Source of the DNA: an uncultured Gammaproteobacteria bacterium
GTDB taxonomy: Bacteria > Patescibacteriota > Patescibacteriia > 2-12-FULL-57-11
Assembly: GCA_964648865.1 (NCBI GenBank)
Contig: CAZYLV010000002.1
Location: forward strand, 79,272-143,271
Length of the DNA: 64,000 bases
Direction of reading: 5' to 3'
How positions within the stretch are numbered: the stretch's first letter is position 1; each line of letters opens with the position of its first letter. The notes under the pieces were generated by a model. The model was not told where the DNA came from, made no database searches, and worked only from the letters and a program-made list of their open reading frames with translations. Position numbers and translations under genes: made by a program. Below, one piece after another: positions 9,410 through 19,262 of this stretch.

Positions 9410-9469
9410 ATGGTCCAATACATGCCGATTGGGCCGAACGTACCACAGGAAACCGCCCGCTTCAAGCCT

Positions 9470-10180
9470 ATGCGGAACCGTCTTTTGGTCAGTCTCCTCG
9501 TCGCCTTCGGCATCGTCGTCATCGCCGGCGCCGGCTGGGCCTTCGTGGGCCGCGGCTGGTGGGACGAGCGGCAGCTCTCCGCGGAGATCGCGGCGCTCAA
9601 GGCGGACCCGCGCACCGCCGAGTCCGCCGAGCGGCTCGAGAAGAACATGCAGCGCGTCGCCGAGGATCCGGCGGACGTCGAGGCGCTCATCGGCCTGGGC
9701 AACTCCTGGAAGCAGGTCTTCGACATGACCGGTGAGGACACGCACGTCGTCCGTGCCATCGCCGCCTATGAGCGCGCCGTCGACGCGAGCCAGGGCAAGA
9801 ACACGGTGGTGCTCTCCAACCTTGCCACGGCCTATCGTCTGGCCAAGCGGCCCCAGCAGGCCGAGAACGTGCTGCGCGAGGCCATCGCCGCCAACGCCGG
9901 CGACCCCACGCTCTATATCCAGCTCGTGGAGGTGCTGCGCATCGACCTCAAGCGCGGGAGCGAGGAGATCATCGACGTCTATCGCCTCGGCCTCGACCAG
10001 CTCGTGGACAACGCGCCGCTCGTGCAATCGCTGGCCATCTACCTGGAGGACATCGGCCGGCTGCGCGACGCGCTCACCTACTACAAGCTGCTCGCGCCGA
10101 CGTATCCGACCATCGCCGAGAAGGTCGCGGAATTGGAGCGCCGCATCGCGCAGGAGGAGTCCGAATCCGCCGCCCCATGA
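9470..10180 (+). CDS. membrane-anchored tetratricopeptide-repeat protein
   Basis: N-terminal TM helix; helical repeats (ALIGLGNSW, AIAAYERAV, NLATAYR, SLAIYLEDIGRLRDALTYY). Confidence 0.7.
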   Translation: MRNRLLVSLLVAFGIVVIAGAGWAFVGRGWWDERQLSAEIAALKADPRTAESAERLEKNMQRVAEDPADVEALIGLGNSWKQVFDMTGEDTHVVRAIAAYERAVDASQGKNTVVLSNLATAYRLAKRPQQAENVLREAIAANAGDPTLYIQLVEVLRIDLKRGSEEIIDVYRLGLDQLVDNAPLVQSLAIYLEDIGRLRDALTYYKLLAPTYPTIAEKVAELERRIAQEESESAAP

Positions 10181-12414
10181 ACCGCATCGCCCTCCGTGCG
10201 GGGAGCGTCGCCGTCGCGGCCGCGTGCCTGACGGGCCTGATGCGGCTCCCCGCATCCGCCGCCGCCCCGACTGCGGCCTTCGCCGTGCAGTTCTCCGGGC
10301 TCGAAGCGCCGGTCCGCTTGTCGGTGCCGGCCGCCGCCGCCGCGGAGACGCTCGCCGCGCTCCAGGCCGACCCGCGTGTCCGCATCGCCGAGCCGATGGC
10401 CTCCTACCGCGTCTCGGCCTTGGCCGCGAACGACGCGCATTTCGACGAGCAGTGGTATCTGCGCAAGGTCACTGCGCCGGACGCCTGGGACCGTTCGGTG
10501 GGCAGCGCCGACGTGGTCGTCGCCATCCTCGACACCGGCGTCGACGTCAGCCATCCGGACTTGCGTGACAACATCTGGCAGAACCCGCGGGAGATCGAGG
10601 ACGGGCGCGACAACGACGGCAACGGCCTGGTCGACGACCTCCACGGATGGAATTTCTACGACGGCAACGCCGAAGTCGCGCCCGTGTTCGAGTCCTTCAC
10701 CGCCACGGGCATCAACCACGGCACGCTCATCGCCGGGGAGATCGGCGCCATCGGCGGCAACGGGCAAGGCATCGCGGGGGTCAACTGGCGCGTCTCGCTG
10801 ATGCCCATCCGGGTGCTTTCCAGCTCCGGCATCGGCGACATCGTCCATGTGGTCGACGGCATAAACTACGCCATCCGCAACGGCGCCGACGTCATCTCGT
10901 TGAGCTTTTCCGGCCTCAACCGCAGCGCCATCCTCGACGACGCCATCCGCCGCGCAAACGAGGCCGGCATCCTGGTGGTCGCCGCCGCCGGCAACGACGG
11001 CAACGGCAACGGCGGCACGGACCTCGACCGGACGCCGCTCTACCCGGCCTGCTCCGACGGACCCAACGGCGAGAACTGGGTGCTGGGCGTGGCCGCCACC
11101 GACGAGGAGGACCGCAAGGCGCAGTTCTCCGATTTCGGCCGGCGCTGCGTGGACATCTCGGCTCCGGGCGTGCGCATCTTCAGCACGCTGGTGGCGCGCG
11201 CCGACCAGCCCGGCTTCGGCCAAGCGTACGGCGGCTACTACAGCGGCACCTCGCTGGCCGCGCCGCTCGTGGCCGGCGCCGCGGCGCTCCTCAAGTCCTA
11301 CAGCCCGGGGCTGACCCTGCCTGCGCTGCGTGACCTGCTGCTCGCCAGCGCCGACGGCATCGACCCCGCCAACCCCGCCTACGCCGGCAAGCTCGGCCGC
11401 GGCCGGCTCAACATCGCGCGCGCCCTCACCTTGGCGCCGACCTCCATCGCGCCGCAGCCTCCGGGAGCGCCCGTCGCGCCCCCCGCGCCGGCCACCGGGC
11501 AGGGCCTGCAGGCGGTCGTCACGGCGAGCGGTCCGGGCACGGCGTCGAGCGTGGCCTTCCGCGGCATCGACGGCGTGACCTTGGCGTCGTTCGCCCCCTA
11601 CGCCGCCGGTTTCCGGGGCGGCGTCCTGGCCCAGGCGGGCGACGTCGACGGCGACGGCAACTTCGAGATCGTCACCGTCCCGGGCCCCTCCGGCGGCCCG
11701 CACGTGCGCGTCTTCACCTTGGGCGGCACGCTCAAGTCCGAGTTCTTCGCCTACGAGTCCGCCTTCCGCGGCGGCTTGTCGCTGGCGGTGGAGGACGTCG
11801 ACGGCGACGGCATCAGCGACATCGTCGTCAGCCCGCTCGCCGGACGGGCGCCGGAGGTGCGCGTCTTCGATGCGGGCGGGGCGCGCAAGGCCTCCTTCCT
11901 GGCGTACGCCTCGGGTTTCCGCGGCGGGGTGCGCGTCGCCGCGGGCGACGTCGACGGCGACGGCGACGCGGAGATCGTCACCGTGCCGGCCTCGGGCGGC
12001 GGGCCGCATGTGCGCCTCTGGCAGGGCGACGGTGGCGTCTTCTCCGGCTACTTCGCGGAGGATCCCGGCCTGCGCTCCGGCTATCTCGTGGCCATGGGCG
12101 ACGTCAACGGCGACGGCCGCGCCGACATCGGCGTGCTCGATGCGGTCAACGGGTCGCGCATCCGCTTCCGCTCGGCCTACGGCGTGCTGGTGGGGGAGAT
12201 CGAGATCGAAGGCATCGGCAAAGGCTTCACCTACGCGCTCGCCGACGTCAACGGCGACGGCCGCGCGGACCTCATGCTCGGCGTCCAGCCGACGGGCCGC
12301 CTGATCCTCCGGAGCTACGACGTGGTCGGCAAGCTGTTGCGCGAGGCGACCATCGGTGCCGGCACGGCGACGAGCGAAGTGCGCGTGGCGCCGGTCACCG
12401 GCTTCGTGCTCTGA
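10177..12414 (+). CDS. secreted S8 (subtilisin-like) serine peptidase with C-terminal FG-GAP repeats
   Basis: Triad ILDTG / NHGT / GTSLA, AAAGN oxyanion; repeated GDVDGDG/DVNGDG units; signal peptide. Confidence 0.92.
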   Translation: MNRIALRAGSVAVAAACLTGLMRLPASAAAPTAAFAVQFSGLEAPVRLSVPAAAAAETLAALQADPRVRIAEPMASYRVSALAANDAHFDEQWYLRKVTAPDAWDRSVGSADVVVAILDTGVDVSHPDLRDNIWQNPREIEDGRDNDGNGLVDDLHGWNFYDGNAEVAPVFESFTATGINHGTLIAGEIGAIGGNGQGIAGVNWRVSLMPIRVLSSSGIGDIVHVVDGINYAIRNGADVISLSFSGLNRSAILDDAIRRANEAGILVVAAAGNDGNGNGGTDLDRTPLYPACSDGPNGENWVLGVAATDEEDRKAQFSDFGRRCVDISAPGVRIFSTLVARADQPGFGQAYGGYYSGTSLAAPLVAGAAALLKSYSPGLTLPALRDLLLASADGIDPANPAYAGKLGRGRLNIARALTLAPTSIAPQPPGAPVAPPAPATGQGLQAVVTASGPGTASSVAFRGIDGVTLASFAPYAAGFRGGVLAQAGDVDGDGNFEIVTVPGPSGGPHVRVFTLGGTLKSEFFAYESAFRGGLSLAVEDVDGDGISDIVVSPLAGRAPEVRVFDAGGARKASFLAYASGFRGGVRVAAGDVDGDGDAEIVTVPASGGGPHVRLWQGDGGVFSGYFAEDPGLRSGYLVAMGDVNGDGRADIGVLDAVNGSRIRFRSAYGVLVGEIEIEGIGKGFTYALADVNGDGRADLMLGVQPTGRLILRSYDVVGKLLREATIGAGTATSEVRVAPVTGFVL

Positions 12415-12418
12415 GCGT

Positions 12419-12853
12419 ATGCGGGCGCTGTTCTGGCAGACCGTCCGCTACGGGCTGGTCGGCGCCTCATCGACGGCGGTCGATTGGCTGATCTACTACG
12501 GCCTGACGCGGTCCGTGCCGCAGCTGCGCGAGTGGTACCTGGCGGCCAACGTCTGCTCCTTCTCCCTTGCCGTGATCTGGGGGTACCTCATGCATCGGCG
12601 TTTCACCTTCCGTGCCGGCGGCGCCCACCGCCATCAGTTCCCCAAGTTCCTTACGGTCACGCTCATCGGGTTGGGCATCAACAGCGCGACGCTGCACGTC
12701 GGCGTCGCGGTCCTCGGCCTCTACGACCTCACGGCCAAGGTCGCGGCCGTCGGCGTGACCGCCGTCTGGAACTACCTCGGCCAGCGTTTTTGGACGTTCC
12801 GCTTGTCCGCACCCCCCGGCGGCCCGTATACTGGGCCTGCCGACACGCCGTAG
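12419..12853 (+). CDS. GtrA family flippase-like membrane protein
   Basis: RYGLVG...VD, RRFTF, AKV..V..TAVWNY...RFWTF. Confidence 0.85.
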   Translation: MRALFWQTVRYGLVGASSTAVDWLIYYGLTRSVPQLREWYLAANVCSFSLAVIWGYLMHRRFTFRAGGAHRHQFPKFLTVTLIGLGINSATLHVGVAVLGLYDLTAKVAAVGVTAVWNYLGQRFWTFRLSAPPGGPYTGPADTP

Positions 12854-12857
12854 ACCT

Positions 12858-13877
12858 ATGCCTGTCACGCCCATATTCGAGAAGAAGAACGTGCTCGTCA
12901 CCGGAGGCGCAGGCTTCATCGGTTCGCACCTCTGCGAGAAGCTGCTCAAGGACGCCAAGGTCATCTGCCTGGACAGCTTCATCAACTCCGACGAGCGCAA
13001 CATCGACCACCTCCTCCAGAACCCCAACTTCGAGTTCATCCGCTGGAACGTCAACGAACCGCTCGACCTGGAGCAGTTCCCGGAGCTCGAGAAGTTCAAG
13101 GTGCGCTTCCAGGGCATCCAGGAGATCTACCATCTCGCCTGCCCCACGAGCATCAAGAATTTCGACCAGTTCCGGATGGACACGCTGCTCACCAACTGCG
13201 TGGGCATGCGCAACGCGCTCGACCTTGCGGTCAAGTACAAGGCCAAGTTCCTGTACGCCTCGAGCTCCGTGGTCTACGGACCGCGGCGGCCGGACGGCCT
13301 GCCCTTCCGGGAGGACGACATCGGCGCGGTCAACCACATGACGCCGCGCGGCTGCTACGACGAGGGCAAGCGCTTCGGCGAGACCATGGTCCAGACCTAC
13401 GCCGAGGTCTACGGGATGGACGCCAAGATCGCGCGCATCTTCCGGACCTACGGTCCGCGCCAGCGCCTCTTCGACGGCGAGCTGTTCTCGGACTTCATCG
13501 TCAACGCCATCGACGGCAAGGAGCTGACCATCTACGGCGACGAGACCTTCACGACCTCTCTGACCTACGTGGATGACGTCGTCGACGGCATCCTCAAGCT
13601 GATGAAGGCGCCGGCGACCATCGGGCCGGTCAACTTGGGCACGGACCACGACGTGCGCATCGTCGACGTGGCCAAGCTCATCTTGACGCTGACCCAATCC
13701 GGCTCCAAGGTCGTCTTCGAACCGGCCCTCATGTTCCTGACCCCGCTCGGTCTGCCCGACATCGGCAAGGCCAAGGAGCGCCTCGGCTGGTTGCCCTTGG
13801 TGCGGCTGGAGGACGGCATCAAGAAGGCCATCGACTACACGCAGGCCCATCGCTCGCTCATCTCCTTCGGCACATGA
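12858..13877 (+). CDS. UDP-glucuronate decarboxylase-like NAD-dependent epimerase/dehydratase
   Basis: TGGAGFIGSHL, IYHLACP, PRGCYDEGKR, ARIFRTYGPR. Confidence 0.85.
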   Translation: MPVTPIFEKKNVLVTGGAGFIGSHLCEKLLKDAKVICLDSFINSDERNIDHLLQNPNFEFIRWNVNEPLDLEQFPELEKFKVRFQGIQEIYHLACPTSIKNFDQFRMDTLLTNCVGMRNALDLAVKYKAKFLYASSSVVYGPRRPDGLPFREDDIGAVNHMTPRGCYDEGKRFGETMVQTYAEVYGMDAKIARIFRTYGPRQRLFDGELFSDFIVNAIDGKELTIYGDETFTTSLTYVDDVVDGILKLMKAPATIGPVNLGTDHDVRIVDVAKLILTLTQSGSKVVFEPALMFLTPLGLPDIGKAKERLGWLPLVRLEDGIKKAIDYTQAHRSLISFGT

Positions 13878-14560
13878 AGACCGTCGCGGTCGTCCCGGCA
13901 TGGAACGAGGCGCAGGCCATCGGGGAGGTCCTCGATGGCCTTTTGCCGCGCGTCGACGCCATCGTCGTGGTCGATGACGGTTCGAGCGACCGCACGGGCG
14001 ACGTGGCCGCAGCCCGCCTGCGCGCCCATCGGCTGCGCGGCGGGGTGGTGCGCCATGTGCTGAACCGCGGTTTGGGCGCGGCGCTGGCTACCGGGATGCG
14101 CGCGGCGCTCGACGACGGCGCCGACGCCATCCTCACCTTCGACGCCGACGGCCAGCATCAGAGCGATGACGTGCCGGCCGTGCTCGCGCCCATCAAGGAG
14201 GGGAGCGCGGACGTGGTCATCGGCAGTCGCCTGCTCAATCCCCAGGGCATGCCGCTCGTGCGGCGCATCGCCAACCGCATCGGCAACGCCGTCACGGCCC
14301 TGCTCTTCGGCGCGCGCGTCACGGACTCGCAGTCCGGGCTGCGCGCCTTCTCGCGCCACGCCGCCGAGCGCATCGAAATCCGCACCGATCGGATGGAAGT
14401 CTCCTCTGAGATCGTGGCTGAGATCTTCCGCCACAAGCTGCGTCTCACCGAAGTGCCCATCAAGAGCGTCTACAGCCGCTACTCGATGTCCAAGGGCCAG
14501 GGCTTCTTGATGGGGCTGAAGACGTTGGGGCGGCTGATTATTCGGAGGGCGTTGCGATGA
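13874..14560 (+). CDS. GT2 family glycosyltransferase (DPM-synthase-like)
   Basis: PAWNE, VDDGSSD, NRGLGAA, FDADGQH, DSQSGLRA. Confidence 0.9.
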   Translation: MKTVAVVPAWNEAQAIGEVLDGLLPRVDAIVVVDDGSSDRTGDVAAARLRAHRLRGGVVRHVLNRGLGAALATGMRAALDDGADAILTFDADGQHQSDDVPAVLAPIKEGSADVVIGSRLLNPQGMPLVRRIANRIGNAVTALLFGARVTDSQSGLRAFSRHAAERIEIRTDRMEVSSEIVAEIFRHKLRLTEVPIKSVYSRYSMSKGQGFLMGLKTLGRLIIRRALR

Positions 14561-14901
14561 ACCTCTTCCTCCTCAAATACCTCGTCCCGCTCGTCGGCCT
14601 CATCGCCGTGCTCTTTGCCGTGCGGCGCTGGCGCAAGCGGGAGCTGCCGACGGGCCTGCTCGTCGCCTGGACGCTCTTGTGGGTCGCGCTCTCGCTCGTC
14701 GTGCAGCTGCCGCAGCAGACGGACGTGCTGGCTCGCATCCTCGGGGTCGGCCGCGGCGTGGACGTGCTGCTCTTTGCCTCCGTGGTGGCGCTGGTCCTCC
14801 TGCTGTTCCGTGTCTATCTGCGCATCGAGCGGATGGAACGCGAGATCACGACCGTGGTGCGCGAGCTGGCGCTGTTGCGTGCGGAGCAGGACAAGAAATG
14901 A
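14557..14901 (+). CDS. DUF2304-like small membrane protein
   Basis: Three TM helices, LGVGRGVD motif, EITTVVRELAL; usual partner of DPM-like GT2. Confidence 0.75.
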   Translation: MNLFLLKYLVPLVGLIAVLFAVRRWRKRELPTGLLVAWTLLWVALSLVVQLPQQTDVLARILGVGRGVDVLLFASVVALVLLLFRVYLRIERMEREITTVVRELALLRAEQDKK

Positions 14902-14906
14902 CCTTT

Positions 14907-14935
14907 GGGATTCCTCGCTCCCGCTCGGAATGACA
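14907..14935 (-). repeat. TGTC/CGTC-tagged REP-like palindrome
   Basis: Minus strand TGTC-ATTCC-GA-GC-GGGA-GC-GA-GGAAT-CCC: stem with internal GA/GA mismatch, intergenic. Confidence 0.55.
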
Positions 14936-14943
14936 AATCCCGC

Positions 14944-16035
14944 ATGACGCCCAAGGTCGCCATCATCACCGTCTCCTACGGGCACGCCAAGTTCATGCCC
15001 GCGTTGTTCGTCTCGCTCGACCGGCTGACGTATCCCAGGGAGGCGCTCAAGATCTGGCTCCTCGACAACCAGTCGCCGGACGAAACCTACGAGGTGGTGC
15101 GCGGCTTCCTGGACGAGACCGGCACCAAGACCAAGGCCGGCATCCCGTGCGCGCTCATCAAGAGCCCCACCAACCGCGGCTTCGCCGGCGGCAACAACGA
15201 TTGCATGAAGCTGGCCCTGGCCGAGGGCTACGAATGCATCTTCCTCCTGAATCCGGACACCGAGATCGCTCCGGACGCGTTGCAGCCCCTCGTCGCCGCG
15301 CTTGAGCCGTCCGGCGTCGGCGCCGTGCAGCCGCTGCTCCTCCTCGCCCAAGACCGCACGCGCATCAACTCCGCGGGCAACGCCATCCACTACCTGGGCA
15401 TGAGCTGGTGCGACGGCTACCGCCAGACGCTCGACGATCCGGCGGCCAAACCGCTCCTCCAGCCGCGCGAGGTGGTCTCGCTCTCCGGCGCCGGGATGAT
15501 GCTGCGCGCCGCCGCGCTCAAGGAGGTCGGCCTCTTCGACGAGCTGCTCTTCGCCTACCACGAGGACGTCGAGCTCTCCTGGCGGCTGCGGCTCGCCGAT
15601 TGGTCGCTGCGTCTCGTGCCGGAGTCGCGCGTCTGGCACGCCTACGAGTTCAGCCGCAGCATCAAGAAGTACTACTGGATGGAGCGCAACCGATTCCTGG
15701 TGCTGCTGATGTGCTACCAGCTGCCGACGCTCATCCTCATCGCGCCGATGCTCCTGGCGCTCGAAATCGGCATGCTGTCCTTCGCCTTCCTGCGCGGGTG
15801 GGGGAGGGAGAAGCTGCGCGTCTACGGGTATTTTCTCAAGCCGTCGTCGTGGCGCGCGTTCCTTCCCGGATGGCGCCGCAACCGCCACCTGCGCAAGACC
15901 ACGGATCGCGCCATCACCGCCGGGTTCTCGACGCGCGTGCTGTATCAGGAAGTCGATTCTCCGGCGTTGCGCTACGTCGCCAATCCGCTGATGACGCTGT
16001 ATTGGCGCCTCTGCCGCCTGCTGTTGTGGTGGTGA
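14944..16035 (+). CDS. GT2 family glycosyltransferase (WbbL/rhamnosyltransferase-like)
   Basis: LDNQSPD, NRGFAGGNN, LLNPD, FDE..FAYHEDVELSWR, ERNR. Confidence 0.88.
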   Translation: MTPKVAIITVSYGHAKFMPALFVSLDRLTYPREALKIWLLDNQSPDETYEVVRGFLDETGTKTKAGIPCALIKSPTNRGFAGGNNDCMKLALAEGYECIFLLNPDTEIAPDALQPLVAALEPSGVGAVQPLLLLAQDRTRINSAGNAIHYLGMSWCDGYRQTLDDPAAKPLLQPREVVSLSGAGMMLRAAALKEVGLFDELLFAYHEDVELSWRLRLADWSLRLVPESRVWHAYEFSRSIKKYYWMERNRFLVLLMCYQLPTLILIAPMLLALEIGMLSFAFLRGWGREKLRVYGYFLKPSSWRAFLPGWRRNRHLRKTTDRAITAGFSTRVLYQEVDSPALRYVANPLMTLYWRLCRLLLWW

Positions 16036-16083
16036 GCCGGAGCATTGCCACGGTCACCCTTTTCCCGTAGGGTGCGGCCTGTT

Positions 16084-17247
16084 ATGCGCATCGCCATCGC
16101 CGTCTCCACGTTCCCGCCGTATCGCGGGGGGATGGGCAATCTCGCCGCCACGCATGCGGCGCTCTTGGCTGCGGCAGGCCACACGGTGGAGGTGCTGACG
16201 GCGGTGGCCGGCCCGTCGCGCGTCGAGGAGCGCGACGGCTATACGGTGCGCTATCTCCGCGCGCCCGTGACCATGGGCAACGCGGCGTTCACGCCCCAGC
16301 TCTTCCAGGCGGTGCGCGGCGCGGACCTGGTGTTCCTGCACTATCCGTTCATCGGCGGGGCCGAGGCCGTGGCCCTGGCGCGGCGCACCCGGCAGTGGGG
16401 CGGGCGGTTGGCCGTCTATTACCACATGGACCTGGTGGGGCAGCCGCCGCGCGACGCGCTCTTCAGCGTCTACACGCAGCTGCTCATGCCCTGGATCGTG
16501 AAGAGCGCCGACCGCTTGGCCGTCTCCAGCTTCGACTACGCCATGACCGGCCAGCTCGCGGCGCTCTGGGGCCGCACCCCGGCCGACCATCTCGCCGAGC
16601 TGCCGCTCGCCGTGGACACGCAGGTCTTCTCGCCCGGACCGGCATCCGCGGCGCTGCGCGAACGCTTCCATCTGGCGCCCGACCTGCCGATCGTGCTCTT
16701 CGTCGGCGGCCTGGACGCCGCGCATTACTTCAAGGGGCTGGAGGTGCTGCTGCGCGCCGTGGCGCACAACGCCCGCAGCGGCGCACCATGCCAGCTCCTT
16801 GTCGTCGGCGACGGCGACCTGCGCCAGCGCTACGAGGCCATGGCGCACACCCTCGGCATCGTCGAGCAGGTGCGCTTCGCCGGTAACGCGCTGCGCGAGG
16901 AACTCCCCGATTTCTACCGTCTGGCCGACGTCTTCGTGCTGCCCTCCGTGGGACGCTCCGAGGCCTTCGGCATGGTGCTGCTCGAGGCCATGGCCTCCGG
17001 GACGCCCGTCGTGGCCTCACGGCTGCCGGGCGTGCGTACCGCCGTCGAGGACGGACGCACCGGACTGCTCGTCGAGCCGGCCAACGTCCAGGAACTGTCG
17101 TTGGCGCTCGCCCGGTTGCTTGCCGACCCTGAGGAGCGTTCCCGCATGGGTGAGGCCGGGCGCGCGCGCGTCGAGCGGCAGTATGCGCTGCCGGTGCTCG
17201 CGGAGGGGCTCACGCGCCTCGTCCATGACTTGACCTTCGGCGCATGA
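16084..17247 (+). CDS. GT4 family glycosyltransferase
   Basis: KGLEVLL, VGDG, EAFGMVLLEAMASGTPVVA; TTGCCA-17-TAGGGT promoter at 16045-16073. Confidence 0.92.
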   Translation: MRIAIAVSTFPPYRGGMGNLAATHAALLAAAGHTVEVLTAVAGPSRVEERDGYTVRYLRAPVTMGNAAFTPQLFQAVRGADLVFLHYPFIGGAEAVALARRTRQWGGRLAVYYHMDLVGQPPRDALFSVYTQLLMPWIVKSADRLAVSSFDYAMTGQLAALWGRTPADHLAELPLAVDTQVFSPGPASAALRERFHLAPDLPIVLFVGGLDAAHYFKGLEVLLRAVAHNARSGAPCQLLVVGDGDLRQRYEAMAHTLGIVEQVRFAGNALREELPDFYRLADVFVLPSVGRSEAFGMVLLEAMASGTPVVASRLPGVRTAVEDGRTGLLVEPANVQELSLALARLLADPEERSRMGEAGRARVERQYALPVLAEGLTRLVHDLTFGA

Positions 17248-19262
17248 AGATCGCGCTCTTGGGCGGGCTGTACCCGCCGCACGGCGGCGGCGCCGAGCGC
17301 GCCACGGAGCTCCTGGCGCGCGGCTTGGTCGCGCTCGGGCACGAGGTCCATGTGCTGACCACGGCCCGCGAGGCCGTGACGGAGACGCGCGACGGCGTCG
17401 TGGTGCATCGCCTCGCGCCGCGGCATGCCTGGATCGGCGACGTCTTTTCCCGACCGTTCGCGGAACGGGCGCGGTGGAACGTCGCGGAACTGCTCGACCG
17501 TCGCATGACCGCGGCGATCGTGCGTGAGCTCGAGCGGCTCGCGCCCGCGCTGGTCATCACTTCCAACCTGAAGGGGCTCGGCGGAGCGCTGCCGGCCGCG
17601 CTCGGCCGCCTGCCGTGGCCGTACGTCCACGTCGCCCATGATTTCGAGCCCGTCGAACCGATGCTGCTCGGCGTCCATGACCGCGCCGACCGGGTGCGCA
17701 ACCGCGCCTGGGCCGCGCTCTCGCGCCGGCGCTGGGGCGCGCCGGATGCTGTCGTCTACCCGAGCGCCTGGCTGCAGCACTTGCTCGCGACGCATCGCGT
17801 GTTCGCGGGCAGCCGGCAGGCGGTGATCCCCAATGCGGTGGATGTGTCCGGTGTAGGGGCGTATGGCAATACGCCCCTACCGAATGGACCGTTCCGCCTG
17901 CTGTTCATCGGCCAGCTCGAGCCGCACAAAGGGGCGCTCTGGGCGGCCGAGGCGCTGCGTTCCTGGGACGCGCCCTGGACGCTCGACGTCGTCGGCGAGG
18001 GGAGCGAGCGTGCCGCCATCGACGCCAAACGCGACGGCCGCATCCGCACGCACGGGCGGCTCGCCGGCGCCGCGCTCGAGGAGCGGTGGACCCAGGCCGA
18101 CGCGCTCATCGTCCCCTCGCGCTGCCTGGAGAACGCGCCGCTGGTGGTCTTTGAGGCCGCGGCACGGCGCGTCCCCGTGGTGGCCGCGGACGTCGGCGGC
18201 ATCCCGGAGTGGGTGCTGCCCGGAGAGAACGGCTGGCGGTTCGCCGCCGAGGACGGCAAGGCCTTCCGTTTCGCGCTGGCCACGGCCGCGGACCCGACGC
18301 GCCGCGCGGCGTTGCGCTGGCAGCAGCTGCCGCCGTTGCGCACGCCCGAGCAGTACGCACGGGAGATCTTGGCGCTCGCCCCGCAGGCGCCGACCGCACC
18401 GCCCGTGGCGCCGGCCCCCGGCATCCTCGACCTGCTGCCCGCAGACCTGTCCGGTTTCAAGAAAGACGAGGCGCATTACCACGACCACGCCACGCACGAC
18501 GCCGTGCACGTCCATCAGCTCAACGCCTTCCGCAACCGCTTCTATCACGCCCGCATCTTCCGGCATCTGCGTCCGGTGGCGCCGGACGGTTGGGTGCTGG
18601 AGCTCGCAGGCGGCAGCGGCGAGGACGGCGCCGATGCGGTGCGGCGCGGGCTGAAGGTGATCGAGACGGACATCTCCAAAGGCGCGGTCGAGGATGCGGT
18701 ACGGACGCTCTCCGCCGTGCCGGGCAGCGACGGCCGCTTCATCGCCGCGACCATGGACGCCGAGCGCATCCCGTTCCCGGAGGGGAGCGTCGCCGGCGCC
18801 TGGATGACGGCGAGCTTCCACCACGCCGAGGATCCCGCGGCCGTGCTGCGCGAGGTCCGTCGCGTGCTCGCGCCCGGCGCGCGGTTCGCCGCGGCCATCG
18901 AGCCGCATCGCCTGTACTTCGGGACGATCAACTTCTTCAAGCCCGCGCTCGACGCGTTGCTCGGCAGGCGTGCCGAGAAGTCCGTGGCCGACGAGGAGCA
19001 CAGCGGCTTCTGGCGCGGCGAACTGCGTGCGCATTTCGAGAAAGCCGGCTTCACCGACATCCGCGTCGAGCCGATGTGGTTCACGGCCGGCATCCTGCAT
19101 TACAAGCTCGAATTCCTCTCGCGCCTCTTCAAGACGGAACAGCGGCTGCGCGTGCCGTTGTGGATCGAGAAAGCGTGCGTGTACTTCGACGAGTTCGTCT
19201 TCCGTCTGCCGGGCGGCGTGTATCTCGCCTGGCACTGGACGGCGTCGGGCAGGAAACCCTAG
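17244..19262 (+). CDS. GT4 glycosyltransferase fused to class I SAM-dependent methyltransferase
   Basis: GGAE, HKG, ENAPLVVFEAA..RVPVVAADVGGIPE; C-terminal VLELAGGSG, DIS, DAERIPF, FHH, VLAPG. Confidence 0.82.
   Translation: MKIALLGGLYPPHGGGAERATELLARGLVALGHEVHVLTTAREAVTETRDGVVVHRLAPRHAWIGDVFSRPFAERARWNVAELLDRRMTAAIVRELERLAPALVITSNLKGLGGALPAALGRLPWPYVHVAHDFEPVEPMLLGVHDRADRVRNRAWAALSRRRWGAPDAVVYPSAWLQHLLATHRVFAGSRQAVIPNAVDVSGVGAYGNTPLPNGPFRLLFIGQLEPHKGALWAAEALRSWDAPWTLDVVGEGSERAAIDAKRDGRIRTHGRLAGAALEERWTQADALIVPSRCLENAPLVVFEAAARRVPVVAADVGGIPEWVLPGENGWRFAAEDGKAFRFALATAADPTRRAALRWQQLPPLRTPEQYAREILALAPQAPTAPPVAPAPGILDLLPADLSGFKKDEAHYHDHATHDAVHVHQLNAFRNRFYHARIFRHLRPVAPDGWVLELAGGSGEDGADAVRRGLKVIETDISKGAVEDAVRTLSAVPGSDGRFIAATMDAERIPFPEGSVAGAWMTASFHHAEDPAAVLREVRRVLAPGARFAAAIEPHRLYFGTINFFKPALDALLGRRAEKSVADEEHSGFWRGELRAHFEKAGFTDIRVEPMWFTAGILHYKLEFLSRLFKTEQRLRVPLWIEKACVYFDEFVFRLPGGVYLAWHWTASGRKP
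17853..17880. repeat. GTAG-type REP palindrome located in-frame inside the CDS
   Basis: GTAGGGGCGTAT-ggca-ATACGCCCCTAC, same family as 32635, 38608 and 39209 copies. Confidence 0.75.

Noticed and set aside
7517-9469. N-terminal 651 aa of the 887-aa plus-strand ORF
   Set aside because: Overlaps the NUDIX and sugar transferase genes; the real TPR gene starts at ATG 9470
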